NCBI GenBank assembly: GCA_951406725.2 | Contig: OX597831.1 | Location: 15,190,001-15,254,000, forward strand | Reading direction: 5' to 3' | Length of the DNA: 64,000 bases | DNA from: Octopus vulgaris | Lineage: Eukaryota | Part shown: piece after piece, positions 52,479 through 64,000 of the stretch | How positions within the stretch are numbered: the first letter of the stretch is position 1 | Layout: every line of letters begins with the position of its first letter | Program-made: the position numbers and the translations under genes | The notes under the pieces: generated by a model | What the model was told of the DNA's origin: nothing | What the model saw: the letters and a program-made list of their open reading frames with translations, nothing else | The model's database searches: none

Positions 52479-53354
52479 CATATACGTGTGTGTATATCTG
52501 TTCCATGTAAACATTATCATGAACATATTTGTATAAATATATATTTCTTGCAAATTTACATTATGATTCTTATTCAGTAGAACAGAATATTCTCTTTACG
52601 ATCAGATCAAATGATTGGCATTTAATTTTGGTGTGAGATGACTAATGAAAACTTTCAGAACAAACACATACGCATATATACGTGTGTATACCATTTTCAT
52701 GCAATTGTTTAGGGTCGTCGCACGATCCTGCCTCGTCAGGGTTCTTGGGAAGAGTAGAGAGATAAGCGATAAAATCAACATAATCCCGTTAGTGAACTCA
52801 TGTCACGTGGTGTTATTAGTTTCAAAACAACATCCGTTGCTTCTTTAGTCTTAGACCCACGTACTCGAACTGATAATGCGAGTAGCAGTCGCTGCTGTGT
52901 TTGTGGGTTGTGGTGTCGTAGAATTAGTGATATTAGTTATTGTATTTGATGCTAGACTGTGCAGTGTCATCGCATATCATTTGCTCGGTAAAACGTTTCA
53001 TGGAGAACGATCATATCAGAGGTAACTGCAATTCCGTGCGAGTCAGCAGTTTGAAGGTGGTGGGATAAAACGTTTGGTCGCGCTACTTATAAAACTTTCG
53101 AAATTCAGTGTTTGAATCGCGACGACTCAGAATGTGATGGTATGCAATTCTATTGAATGCAATTGTATTGGATGTAATTGTGCTCATACAATTATATATT
53201 CATACACATTGATGAATTCATCTGCAAACCTTTAACAATAGATATATGCAGATATAATATGTACGTGTGTGCGTGTAGACACATTAAAATATTTGCATTT
53301 TATGTTTATCAATGAAAGTATGCACGTATATAAGTACGAATGACTGAATGAATA

Positions 53355-53925
<571 letters not shown>

Positions 53926-54111
53926 TTATTATATAGAAGGATACAGTCATCAAGAACATAACAAGAATTTATTAGCATTATACTTTAGAATGATTGTAAT
54001 ACATATGGGAGTGGTCAGGTAATAAAAATAAAATAAAAATAAAAATTTTTTTATTACCTTGACCACCCAAGTATGATATTTCTATCACCCCAAAGTCCCC
54101 CACCACCATAA

Positions 54112-54151
<40 letters not shown>

Positions 54152-54232
54152 CGCTATGTATTGAGTACCTTATTACTGTGGTTAACCCGAATATATATAT
54201 ATATATATATATATATGTATACACACACACAC

Positions 54233-54273
<41 letters not shown>

Positions 54274-55334
54274 ACACACATATAATTGTGATATGGATAT
54301 TTCGAAAACTACTTTCATTTCCTCATGTGTTGCCGTTAAGTCTCTCGCCAGTCTCTTCCCATAAATCCATCACTCACATCGTTCGACATATGAAGAATAT
54401 TTAAACGATAAAAAGCATCTTTATAGAAAGAAACAGTCGACTGACGTTTGTTATTGTTAATAGCACTTTTGGTTCCAGTTAAATGTTTGATATTCCTCAA
54501 AGTTTTTAAGTTGGCAGAGCATTCATTTTTAATTCTGGTTTCGCTGCCAGTTCCACTTCTTTTTACCTTTTCTTCTCTCATCTTATTTTATATGATTCTT
54601 TAATGGCGGCAGTAACTTTTAATGTTCATAGTTTGTATATTATTAAACTCTGCAGGGAAAAAACCGAACGAACTTGTAGGAAAAGATGAAAGCTTAAATT
54701 TCGTTATTGCAGCTAAAATTAGGTTTCTTGCAATATTCAGTGGTCTTTATTCTCGTAATTGAAATGGTGGCTTTCGTCTGGTCATTTGTTTATACATATT
54801 TTCTATCAGTATTTTCGGTTTAATTCACGAAGAGATATAGAATAAAGAGGATACTACTTGATATCTTACGGTTGCTCCGTGGTATATCATGACTTAAGTG
54901 TGCTGGATTAAATATTTTGATACTTCTCGTTTTGTCCGAGTAATTTCTGCGTCCCCAAACCCCGAGTTTTCAACTGTAACTTTATGTCTCCTGATATCAC
55001 TAAAAGAAAAGAAAAAAAAGAAGAGAAACTATGTGTAAAGTTAGTTGTACAAGCCATGGATATTTATTGCTTCTTCGTTTTTATCTTATTGATTTGGGAC
55101 GTCTATCGCATACATACAAGCATAAATACTTACATGCATATATTATTTTATTCTTTTACTTGTTTCAGTTAGTTGACTACGGCCATGCTGGAGCAGCGCC
55201 TTGGAGTGTTTTAGTCGTGCTTTTGTACAATGCACAAAACTCGGCCCCTTGTGTCACTATTGCTTTTGCTAAATATTAATACAGATATACATATTCCCAT
55301 ATTTTGAACTCTGTTTATGCTTTTTTGCATCACT

Positions 55335-55383
<49 letters not shown>

Positions 55384-55590
55384 TACATATACTTATATAT
55401 CTGTAATCCACATCTGCAAACCCACACCACCATCTCTTCAGTTATCCGGATAGCTGAAAAGAGATAGTTGTGTGGATTTCCACCTCGGCATCCGAAACTC
55501 AGAGTTTTACCTTGGCTACCAAATAATTGTCACATTAGAGGAATTTATATTTACAGATAAATTTCTTTTTTTATCTTAACGTTTTTACCA

Positions 55591-55723
<133 letters not shown>

Positions 55724-56458
55724 TTAATATTTCCGAGTCCACAGGGGAGGAGAAATTCAATTTAGTAGTACTGAAATGAATTTCTCGCTGTATTATATGC
55801 ATATATATAGAGAGAGGTTTAAGAGACAGAACCACCTTCAACCAACTCAAAGAACATTTAACGATATCATGTATGATAGAGATATATAAGATTAAATTTT
55901 ATTAAATTAATATCTACAAGTACTATTTTGAGTCATATATTAAATTATATAGACAACGGGCGTTTCATGACAATATATCTATCAGTATTGCTGAAATAGA
56001 AATTCAATACCATATCAATTCGAATATGCTGCCAATCTTCAGGTGTGGATTATATAAAACTAAGTATGGCAGTATATCCGGATTGAAATGGTATTGAATT
56101 CCTATTTCAGCAATAACAGGAAGCGGGAGGACATTTTTTGTCTTTGTTATTCACTGTTACAATTATTTCTGGATGTTTAACCTACCTATAAGATTTTCAT
56201 TTTGGTAACTACAGCAACAAGAAGCTGACGAGATAAGTGAAGAGCAAAGAGAATGTTGATAAAAATATAAACAAACGATAGAGAACATATGAAAGAGGAG
56301 GAGACATAATGAGAAAGGAGAAAGGTATAAAGATATACGTGTGTGTGGTCGCCATTTTTTAAGAGACTATTTGTGTTTGACGAAACACCTATACTGCTAA
56401 GCTCATTAGAGGTGCGAAACAATGGTCACCGTACGGCTGGCCATAACATTCATCGTTC

Positions 56459-56543
<85 letters not shown>

Positions 56544-56652
56544 ATAATAAATTAGAGACAAAACCACTATTATGCAAATCATACAAAGAAAGACTTAAGC
56601 CAATACATAAAATATAAAATAATTTATATAAATTAAAATTTAACAAATGTAT

Positions 56653-56704
56653 AACCACTACGATCGTTTCGTGTCAGCACATCTTAGACATTCTTCAGGT
56701 GGTT
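56653..56704 (-). ncRNA. Minimal hammerhead ribozyme (mirror copy in the palindrome)
   Basis: Reverse complement of 56765-56816. Confidence 0.85.
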
Positions 56705-56764
56705 TCTAAACCTTCTTAGCGAGTTATAAACTTCATAGTTTATAACTCGCTAAGAAGGTTTAGA

Positions 56765-56816
56765 AACCACCTGAAGAATGTCTAAGATGTGCTGACACGA
56801 AACGATCGTAGTGGTT
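56765..56816 (+). ncRNA. Minimal hammerhead ribozyme
   Basis: aaccac-CTGAAGA-atgtc taagatgtgct gacac-GAAA-CGATCG-TA-gtggtt: 6-bp stem I, canonical core and palindromic stem III. Confidence 0.88.
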
Positions 56817-56998
56817 ATTCATTTGTTAAATTTTAACTTATATAAATTATTTTATATTTTATGTATTGGCTTAAGTCTTTCTTTGTTTGATTTGCATAAT
56901 AGTGGTTTTGTCTCTAATTTATTATAATATAATAATTTATTATAAAATTGGATTCAATCTTAAATCTGATTTTTCCTTGTAAATTTGGATTTATTCCC

Positions 56999-57040
<42 letters not shown>

Positions 57041-58701
57041 CATACATACGTCATACATGGAACGAAACCGCTAAGACGAGTCGGGTCTAAGCTTTAAATT
57101 GGGTTTATCTACAATATACTATCAATACGTAATATATTAGTTGTTTGCTCACCGTGAACTTTATATAATAATACATAACTATTTGTGGCACCCTTTGTGT
57201 TGATGAGCCTAAGTTTTATTCAGTATTTCTAACTGATTTGTGTGTGTTTATCCACGGAAACATACGCACAAATTAGCTATAAGGACGAGAAGGACGAGTT
57301 ACACATACTTACAGACCAAAACACAAGAAGTTTCATACTCATACAGAAAAACAAAGACGTATTCACTGGCGAATACATTCACACATGTCTTTTTACACAC
57401 GCACACGCATACACACACATGCGTTAATAAACACTCTAAATCAATGCATGTATCGGCACATAGGCCAACACGCATAGATCACTTTACATACATTTACGTA
57501 CGAATGCGATTATCCATATAGGTGCACTAAACTCTGACACGTTATGCTGTACATATTAAAATAGCCCCTAGCCGTCGCTGGCATGGGAGTATAACCCTGT
57601 ACAATGTACAAGGAGTCCGCTACTTGATAATGGGGTTTTTGTGATTGGGAGCTCTTAAAACTAACCTCTCCCTCTCTTACCACTCTTTCCGGAGTGGACC
57701 ATGCATGAAGTAAAAGAGCAGAATAAATAGTGTGTGCTGTCGAGAGCAGTTTTGGTGTTTGACACCCTGAAGCCCTACCATCATTATACAAGGTTATTCA
57801 GCAGCTCCATAAGTGTCTTCATCCCCATCTCCCCTGAAACTGTTCCCGGACTGCGTGTGCGACAGATCACGCACTTGCTTCCATATCTTACTATGCAATA
57901 GGCAGGCTGTACCTACACTCTGCTGGTGCTTATTTTCCGCCGAGAAGCAAATCGCGAAATATCAACAAAAGAGCATTTTTCAAAGACACCCGAACTACCA
58001 ACTCCAGAAATCAACGTTTTTTTTTTTTTCTTTTGTCAGTCCAACAAGTTCACTACAACGCTACAATCCTTCAGTAAAGCAAAAAGTAAAAACAACCCCA
58101 AAAAAACTTAAACCAAATCAATAACTAAACTGTAAAATTACAATAAAACACACTCTGTGAGGCTTTTGATGCTCTTTCTTAATATTACACAATATTTTAT
58201 GTGAGGAAACAATATTTATGTATTGTAATTTCCCTGCAATTATAAATCGGTTGAAGAAGGAAATTTATTGCGTGTTATTTACATAAAATTTACAAGGCTT
58301 CATTAAAACAACATTTACGGTGTTATTGCTTTATGTAAATATTATGAAACTGTTTAAAATATGTAGTAGCTAAGATAATGTGTTGTGTGTGGGAGGAGAA
58401 TGGGGGAATTCGTTCAAAGGGGCTTTATTTGAAAAGATAATGTTTAATGAAGTGTTAATGTTTAGTTAACGAATAATTGATCGTGTTTGAGTGTTGTTGG
58501 TGGTGGTGGTGGTAGTACGGTGGTGGTTGGTGCAAATTGACAATAGTAAGGAGTGGGTGGTTGCTGTGGTAGTGGTGGTGGTGGTGGTGGTGGTGGACCT
58601 ATGGAAATTGGGAAAAGGAAAATGAATATAAATATACATTGAAAGACGGGCATTAATGGAGATAATAGAGAGATTGTTTGACACATCGATGGATAAGACA
58701 A

Positions 58702-58777
<76 letters not shown>

Positions 58778-58855
58778 GTAGATAGGTAGATAGATAGATA
58801 GATAGATATATAAATAGACAAATAGATTGAAAGATATATATATATAGAGAGAGAA

Positions 58856-58940
<85 letters not shown>

Positions 58941-58965
58941 CAGACAGATTGATAGATAGATATAT

Positions 58966-60380
58966 GTTTTTTATTAGCCACACAGGACTGCACACATACA
59001 GGAAAGATTACAAAGTAGAGCTTTTTTTTTTTTGGAAAAAATAAAAGGTGGGGTAGGTTTTCGATCAAAAGGGATCGTAAAAGGGAAAGAAGAGAAAAAA
59101 AAGGAAAAAAGAAAAGAAACAAAAGAAGAGAAAAAAGAAAAACGAAAAAAAAACGATCAATAGGGATCGTGTATCACAGTGTCATGATGTAAGGTGTAAA
59201 GGGGGAAGCAGATAAGGATTATCCGTGGGAAGAAAAGCCTACGGAAAAAGACTACGGTAACTTCGGTCAATATTGTTACATGTTACTACATTTGTTTGCA
59301 AGTAGGTAACCCTCTGTTTTATATTTCCGGGTTCATAGGATTATGCTCAAGGTCGCTTCGTCATTCACACGTGCCATCCTTGCTACCTTCACCCAACATT
59401 TTTGAAACATTCGCTAGACAACACATGCCTCTGTACTCTCACTTTCCTTTTCAAGTGATACTTGAAGAAGTTGATGAGAGATTGACCTGAGAGGACAGTG
59501 TTTGTCTCCAATTCTCTCAGACGAGTCCACCAGATACATTCTTTCGCCATAGCCACAAGGATGATGAAAATAGCTCTTCCTTCCCGTTTGAAGGAAGGAG
59601 GCGTGACAATATTAACGATAGACTCGGCTGATAAACCGACTCGTCTCACACGTGACAACAGCTGTTGAAAATAAGCCCATAGGTCGGGCATTGTTGGACA
59701 CTGCACGAGTGCGTGCAGAATTGTTTCGTCGCTCTGACCGCATCTCGGGCACGTCGGCCCCGTATTTCTCGAGCCGTGTCTGTAGAGTTTAACCCGAATG
59801 GGTAGCGCTTCTCGGTAGCACTGCCAGGCTAGGGATATCGGGAAGTTGTCCATGGGTCCTGGCCCGAAAGTCGTTCTGAACAGGCGGGTCAGGTATTCCT
59901 CGTCGACGTCCAGGTTCGCTCCGAGCTCGTCGTACTTCCCATCCACTAATCCCCCATAGAATGCTTGGGTTGTGTTGAAGTCACGCAAGGTCGACCCAGG
60001 ACGGCAAAGTTGCTTGAGAGCAAAGCGACACTCGCGGTGCCATTCGCCCTTCCTCGGCCTCTTTTTGATCCACGACTCCAGTTCGGTCATGGAGACGAGT
60101 TGTGGGAAAGCGTGCCTCACAAACGGTACCACACCTGTTCACCGTCGTCTACGTAGAGCTTGAGATATCGCAATCTCAGCGCGTGTCTATGCAACATCAA
60201 CCACGGCATGCCCAGTCCTCCTTTTAACGGTTGTTGACAGCAAATGGATCGCCTGACCATCGGGACGCATCCTTTCCACAAGAAGCGAAAGAGAATACGT
60301 TCTAGTTTGGTGATGGTAGGGTCGGGACAAGGCACGACGATCAGGCGGTGGTAGATGACGGGCGTGTTGTACGAGTTCGT
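58966..60380 (-). mobile_element. 5'-truncated Tx1/L1-clade LINE (ORF2 C-terminus and 3' UTR) in (GATA)n
   Basis: [12 protein letters not shown]...[10 protein letters not shown], zf-RVT-like CPRCGQSDETILHALVQC, IWWTR. The 3' UTR ends AATAAA then (TATC)n. Confidence 0.88.
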
Positions 60381-60381
60381 G

Positions 60382-60441
<60 letters not shown>

Positions 60442-60515
60442 GTAGACAGACGGGTAGATAGATGCACAGACAGGTAGACAGACAGCCAGACAGGTAGATA
60501 GATAGACAGACAGGT

Positions 60516-60550
<35 letters not shown>

Positions 60551-60666
60551 TAGACAGATAGATAGATAGATAAAGAGGTAGACAGACAGGTAGATAGATA
60601 AAGAGGTAGACAGACAGGTAGATAGATAAAGAGGTAGACAGACATTTAGATAGATAAACAGACATG

Positions 60667-60738
<72 letters not shown>

Positions 60739-60757
60739 CAGACTAGTAGATAGATAA

Positions 60758-60945
60758 CTTTCTTTATTGGCCACAAAGGGCAGAACACAGAGGCGACAAA
60801 TACAAATGTAGAGCTTTTCTTTTCGAAAATGAAAAAACAAATGGGGGAAAATAAGAAAAAAGTATAAATTGCAATCGAAACGGATCGGGGAAACCAAGAA
60901 AAAACGAAAAAAAAACGATCAAAAGGGATCGTGTATCACAGAAGA
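60758..60945 (-). mobile_element. 3' UTR-only copy of a related Tx1 subfamily
   Basis: Shares tttattRgccaca, tacaaa(t)gtagagcttt and acgatcaaWagggatcgtgtatcacag with 58966-59180. Also ends in (TATC)n. Confidence 0.75.
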
Positions 60946-60971
60946 GTTTTAAAAATGTAGAAATTAAGATT

Positions 60972-61072
<101 letters not shown>

Positions 61073-61144
61073 TAGATGGATAGATAGATAGATAGATAGA
61101 TAGATAGAAAGATAGATAGATATATAGATAGACAGAGAGGTAGG

Positions 61145-61223
<79 letters not shown>

Positions 61224-61928
61224 CAGACAGATGGACAGTTAGAAAGCTAGATAGAGAGAAGATGATAGATAGAGAGTCAGGTAAAGAGAGAGTGGATTGC
61301 AGCGAAGGAGAGAATAACTAATTTTGCATGTGTAAATGGCATTAGTAAACGGCAGATAAATTGATTGATTAAAAGATAGAGAAGTAGACAGAGGGAAAAC
61401 GAGAAATATGAGGGGAATTTAGAAGGAATGTAATAAAGATGTACTGAGTAGAAAAGGGATGAATGTAATACGAACTGGAGAAACAGGCAATAGGGAAAGA
61501 ACGTAGCACATATTGAGCACACGCGCACATACACAGAGGCACGCACACACAGACGCAGACGCACACACACGTACGTTCATAAGAATACGGCACCAGGCTG
61601 GACGACATTGTTTTGATAGGGACGAAGTAGCGTATCTGAGAGGAAATTACCTCGGGTTTAGCGACAAGAACTTTTACTGATGGCGGCAGAAGCGTGAACA
61701 CTCAGACGCGCAAACGAATATACATACAGACAGAAAGGATGCAAAAAGTGGTACGAAAGAGAGAAAGAGAGAGACGGAGTGAAAAGGGAGAGAGAGAGTG
61801 AGGGGGCAGAGAAGGGAGAGAGGAGTAGAAGAAGAAATATATGAAAATGCCTAATGCCAAAATCAGTCACGAATGCACGACGCCAAATGCGCGGCGCCAG
61901 AAAACTGTAACATGTCTCACAAATGAAC

Positions 61929-61977
<49 letters not shown>

Positions 61978-61978
<1 letters not shown>

Positions 61979-62478
61979 TAGCAGTATCGCTCGGTGTTGC
62001 TCGGGTTTGTAAGGGAAATAACTATATAAGCATTTTTAGAGAGTTACTTCCTTTATAAATGCCAATTCGGGCTTTCTTAGCCATTTCTGTTTTGGTGTCT
62101 TCAAGCCATGAAGTCGTTGTTCTAAAAGAACGCTGGTCTCCTTGACAACGCATTACGACGTTGATTTCCTTACACTCCCTTCCCCACAGCTTCACGTGGG
62201 AGGGAAGAAGGGGAAGAAGCAAACACAGGTGCAGGTGTTTGAGCGTGGACACCAACTCCGCCGCCGTCGACACACGAAAAATTATGCATTGAAATGGAAT
62301 AAAAAATGATGTTAAATTATTTTTAAAATCGTAGACTCATTGTAGACGCGCGCTAATAGCCAGACGGGCTTGATATTAATCACGACTATAAGATACCCGA
62401 ATTTGGTTAAACTGCACCGCAAAATGTGGGAGGAGTTAGGAATCTAAATCGAAGGGGACAGGCACTCACACAACTACA

Positions 62479-62490
<12 letters not shown>
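61978..62490 (-). mobile_element. Non-autonomous Helitron
   Basis: The 3' end is CCCGAGcaacacCGAG...CTAG|T. The 5' end (TATATATAAAACTG) merges with a TA tract. Confidence 0.75.
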
Positions 62491-62528
<38 letters not shown>

Positions 62529-63122
62529 GAACATGTATATATATATGTATATCGAGAGAAAGAGAGGGAGAGAGACAGAGAGAAAGACAGAAAGACAGAC
62601 AGGCAAGGAGACGAAATGAGAAAGAAAAGAGAGAGGGGGAAATGGGACAAAGAGTTAGGGAAGAGACGAGAGATTAAGAGATTTAAATTTGATGACAAAA
62701 TGTTTTTAACCGGCCTTCCATTTTGTTAAAATCTCTATTGTGAGCTGTAAAAGAAATTTGGTTCATATTTCAAGCAGGCAGAACGACCGTATCCATCTAC
62801 CCTTCTAAGATTACTCAGTGGCAGAATATTCGCCTTTTGTTGGCCGACCGATGTGACGAGGACTACCCAGTGCTTGGGATGATATGTTTCTCTGCCCGTG
62901 TCGATAGGGAATTGTGATGCAAGTTGGAAATCTGATGGCGCTGGGTTTCCTGACCTCCCTGAAATGCTTGACAGGTAGAAAAATAGAAAGATTTACGCAT
63001 CTAAAATTAGTTATTTTCTATTTCACTTCGCCTCTCACTTTACATGTCTGTCTGTCTATCATCTTCCTTCTATCTAGCAGTCTATCTATCTGCCTGACTC
63101 TCTGTCTGACTATTTATCTATC

Positions 63123-63179
<57 letters not shown>

Positions 63180-63216
63180 ACTATCTATCTATCTATCTAT
63201 CTATATCTCTCTCTCA

Positions 63217-63286
<70 letters not shown>

Positions 63287-63304
63287 CTATCTATGCATGT
63301 ATGT

Positions 63305-63358
<54 letters not shown>

Positions 63359-64000
63359 CTATCTATGCATGTATGTATGTATGTATGTATCTATCTATCT
63401 ATCCATTTATTTCTGCATCTATACACCTGTCTGATCATTTCAGTTTCGCATATCCTTGTGGACAGCTGACCGCTATGTGCGTTTGTCTGAGCTGTCTGCC
63501 CCTTCGTGTTATGGCTAATGCAGAAGCTCGTTGGAAAAGCGTTTAATGTGTCTTTCAAGTGCTGCGCTATATGAGAAATACGAACCGATATACCTTGATC
63601 TTTGATATTCGAGGTTACGTCACCAATATAATTAATACACCTACACTAAACGGATACATTATGTATTTAAACTCGCCTACCACTTACCGTAAATAAAATT
63701 TTATATTATAGTTAGGTAGATTTCATAGACTTTCAACTAAATTATACGTAACTTAAACAAAATGAAAATATATCAAAAGAATCTATTTCTGAGAATTTCT
63801 AAATTTAAGGATACAGATATAAAGTGCTTCAAGCGCAAACATTTGTACAAATAATTTTGTCGAATGTCACGTGGTGCACCAACTAATTAAGCGAATGATA
63901 TTCACACGAGTAAAGCTGGACTAAAACCGCTCGACACACTGACATTCATCGTTTCACACATGACTGGAGTGCTAAAATTCCACCGAGACAGAAGGTGTAA

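Larger units (their letters stand above)
56544..56925. repeat. Near-perfect 382-bp palindrome (arms 56544-56732 and 56737-56925), probable PLE pLTR foldback
   Basis: The arms are reverse complements around a 4-nt loop TCAT. Each arm carries a hammerhead. Embedded in (TA)n. Confidence 0.95.

Noticed and set aside
57548-57790. Possible short solo LTR (TGTA...TACA, internal AATAAA)
   Set aside because: No target-site duplication and only a 4-bp terminal match, so support is insufficient.

Overview
AT-rich eukaryotic DNA, about 64 kb, dense in microsatellites and most likely cephalopod (Octopus-like). That assignment is inferred from the tRNA-SINE families and repeat landscape, not proven. No host protein-coding gene is recognisable, and almost all ORF-track entries are microsatellite artefacts. 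The main element is a young, nearly intact Penelope-like retroelement (PLE) on the - strand at ~10.1-14.2 kb. It has RT plus a C-terminal Cys-rich GIY-YIG endonuclease and Naiad-like motifs. It is bracketed by ~405-bp inverted pseudo-LTRs (pLTRs), each carrying a minimal hammerhead ribozyme with a compensatory U3-A8 core. A truncated second copy lies at 35.8-37.1 kb. At least five further, sequence-unrelated hammerhead-bearing mini-elements or foldbacks also sit in (TA)n tracts, with recurrent non-canonical cores (U4C; A10.1-C11.1). Other content: two mariner copies and a DD37D-like fragment, non-autonomous Helitrons, CR1-, RTE- and Tx1-type LINE fragments, a solo LTR and many SINEs. The Tx1 copies sit in (GATA)n and share their 3' tail with SINEs. 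A set of well-formed - strand splice-site pairs may belong to an unannotated spliced transcript. All calls were made by eye, and the boundaries of degenerate repeats are approximate.
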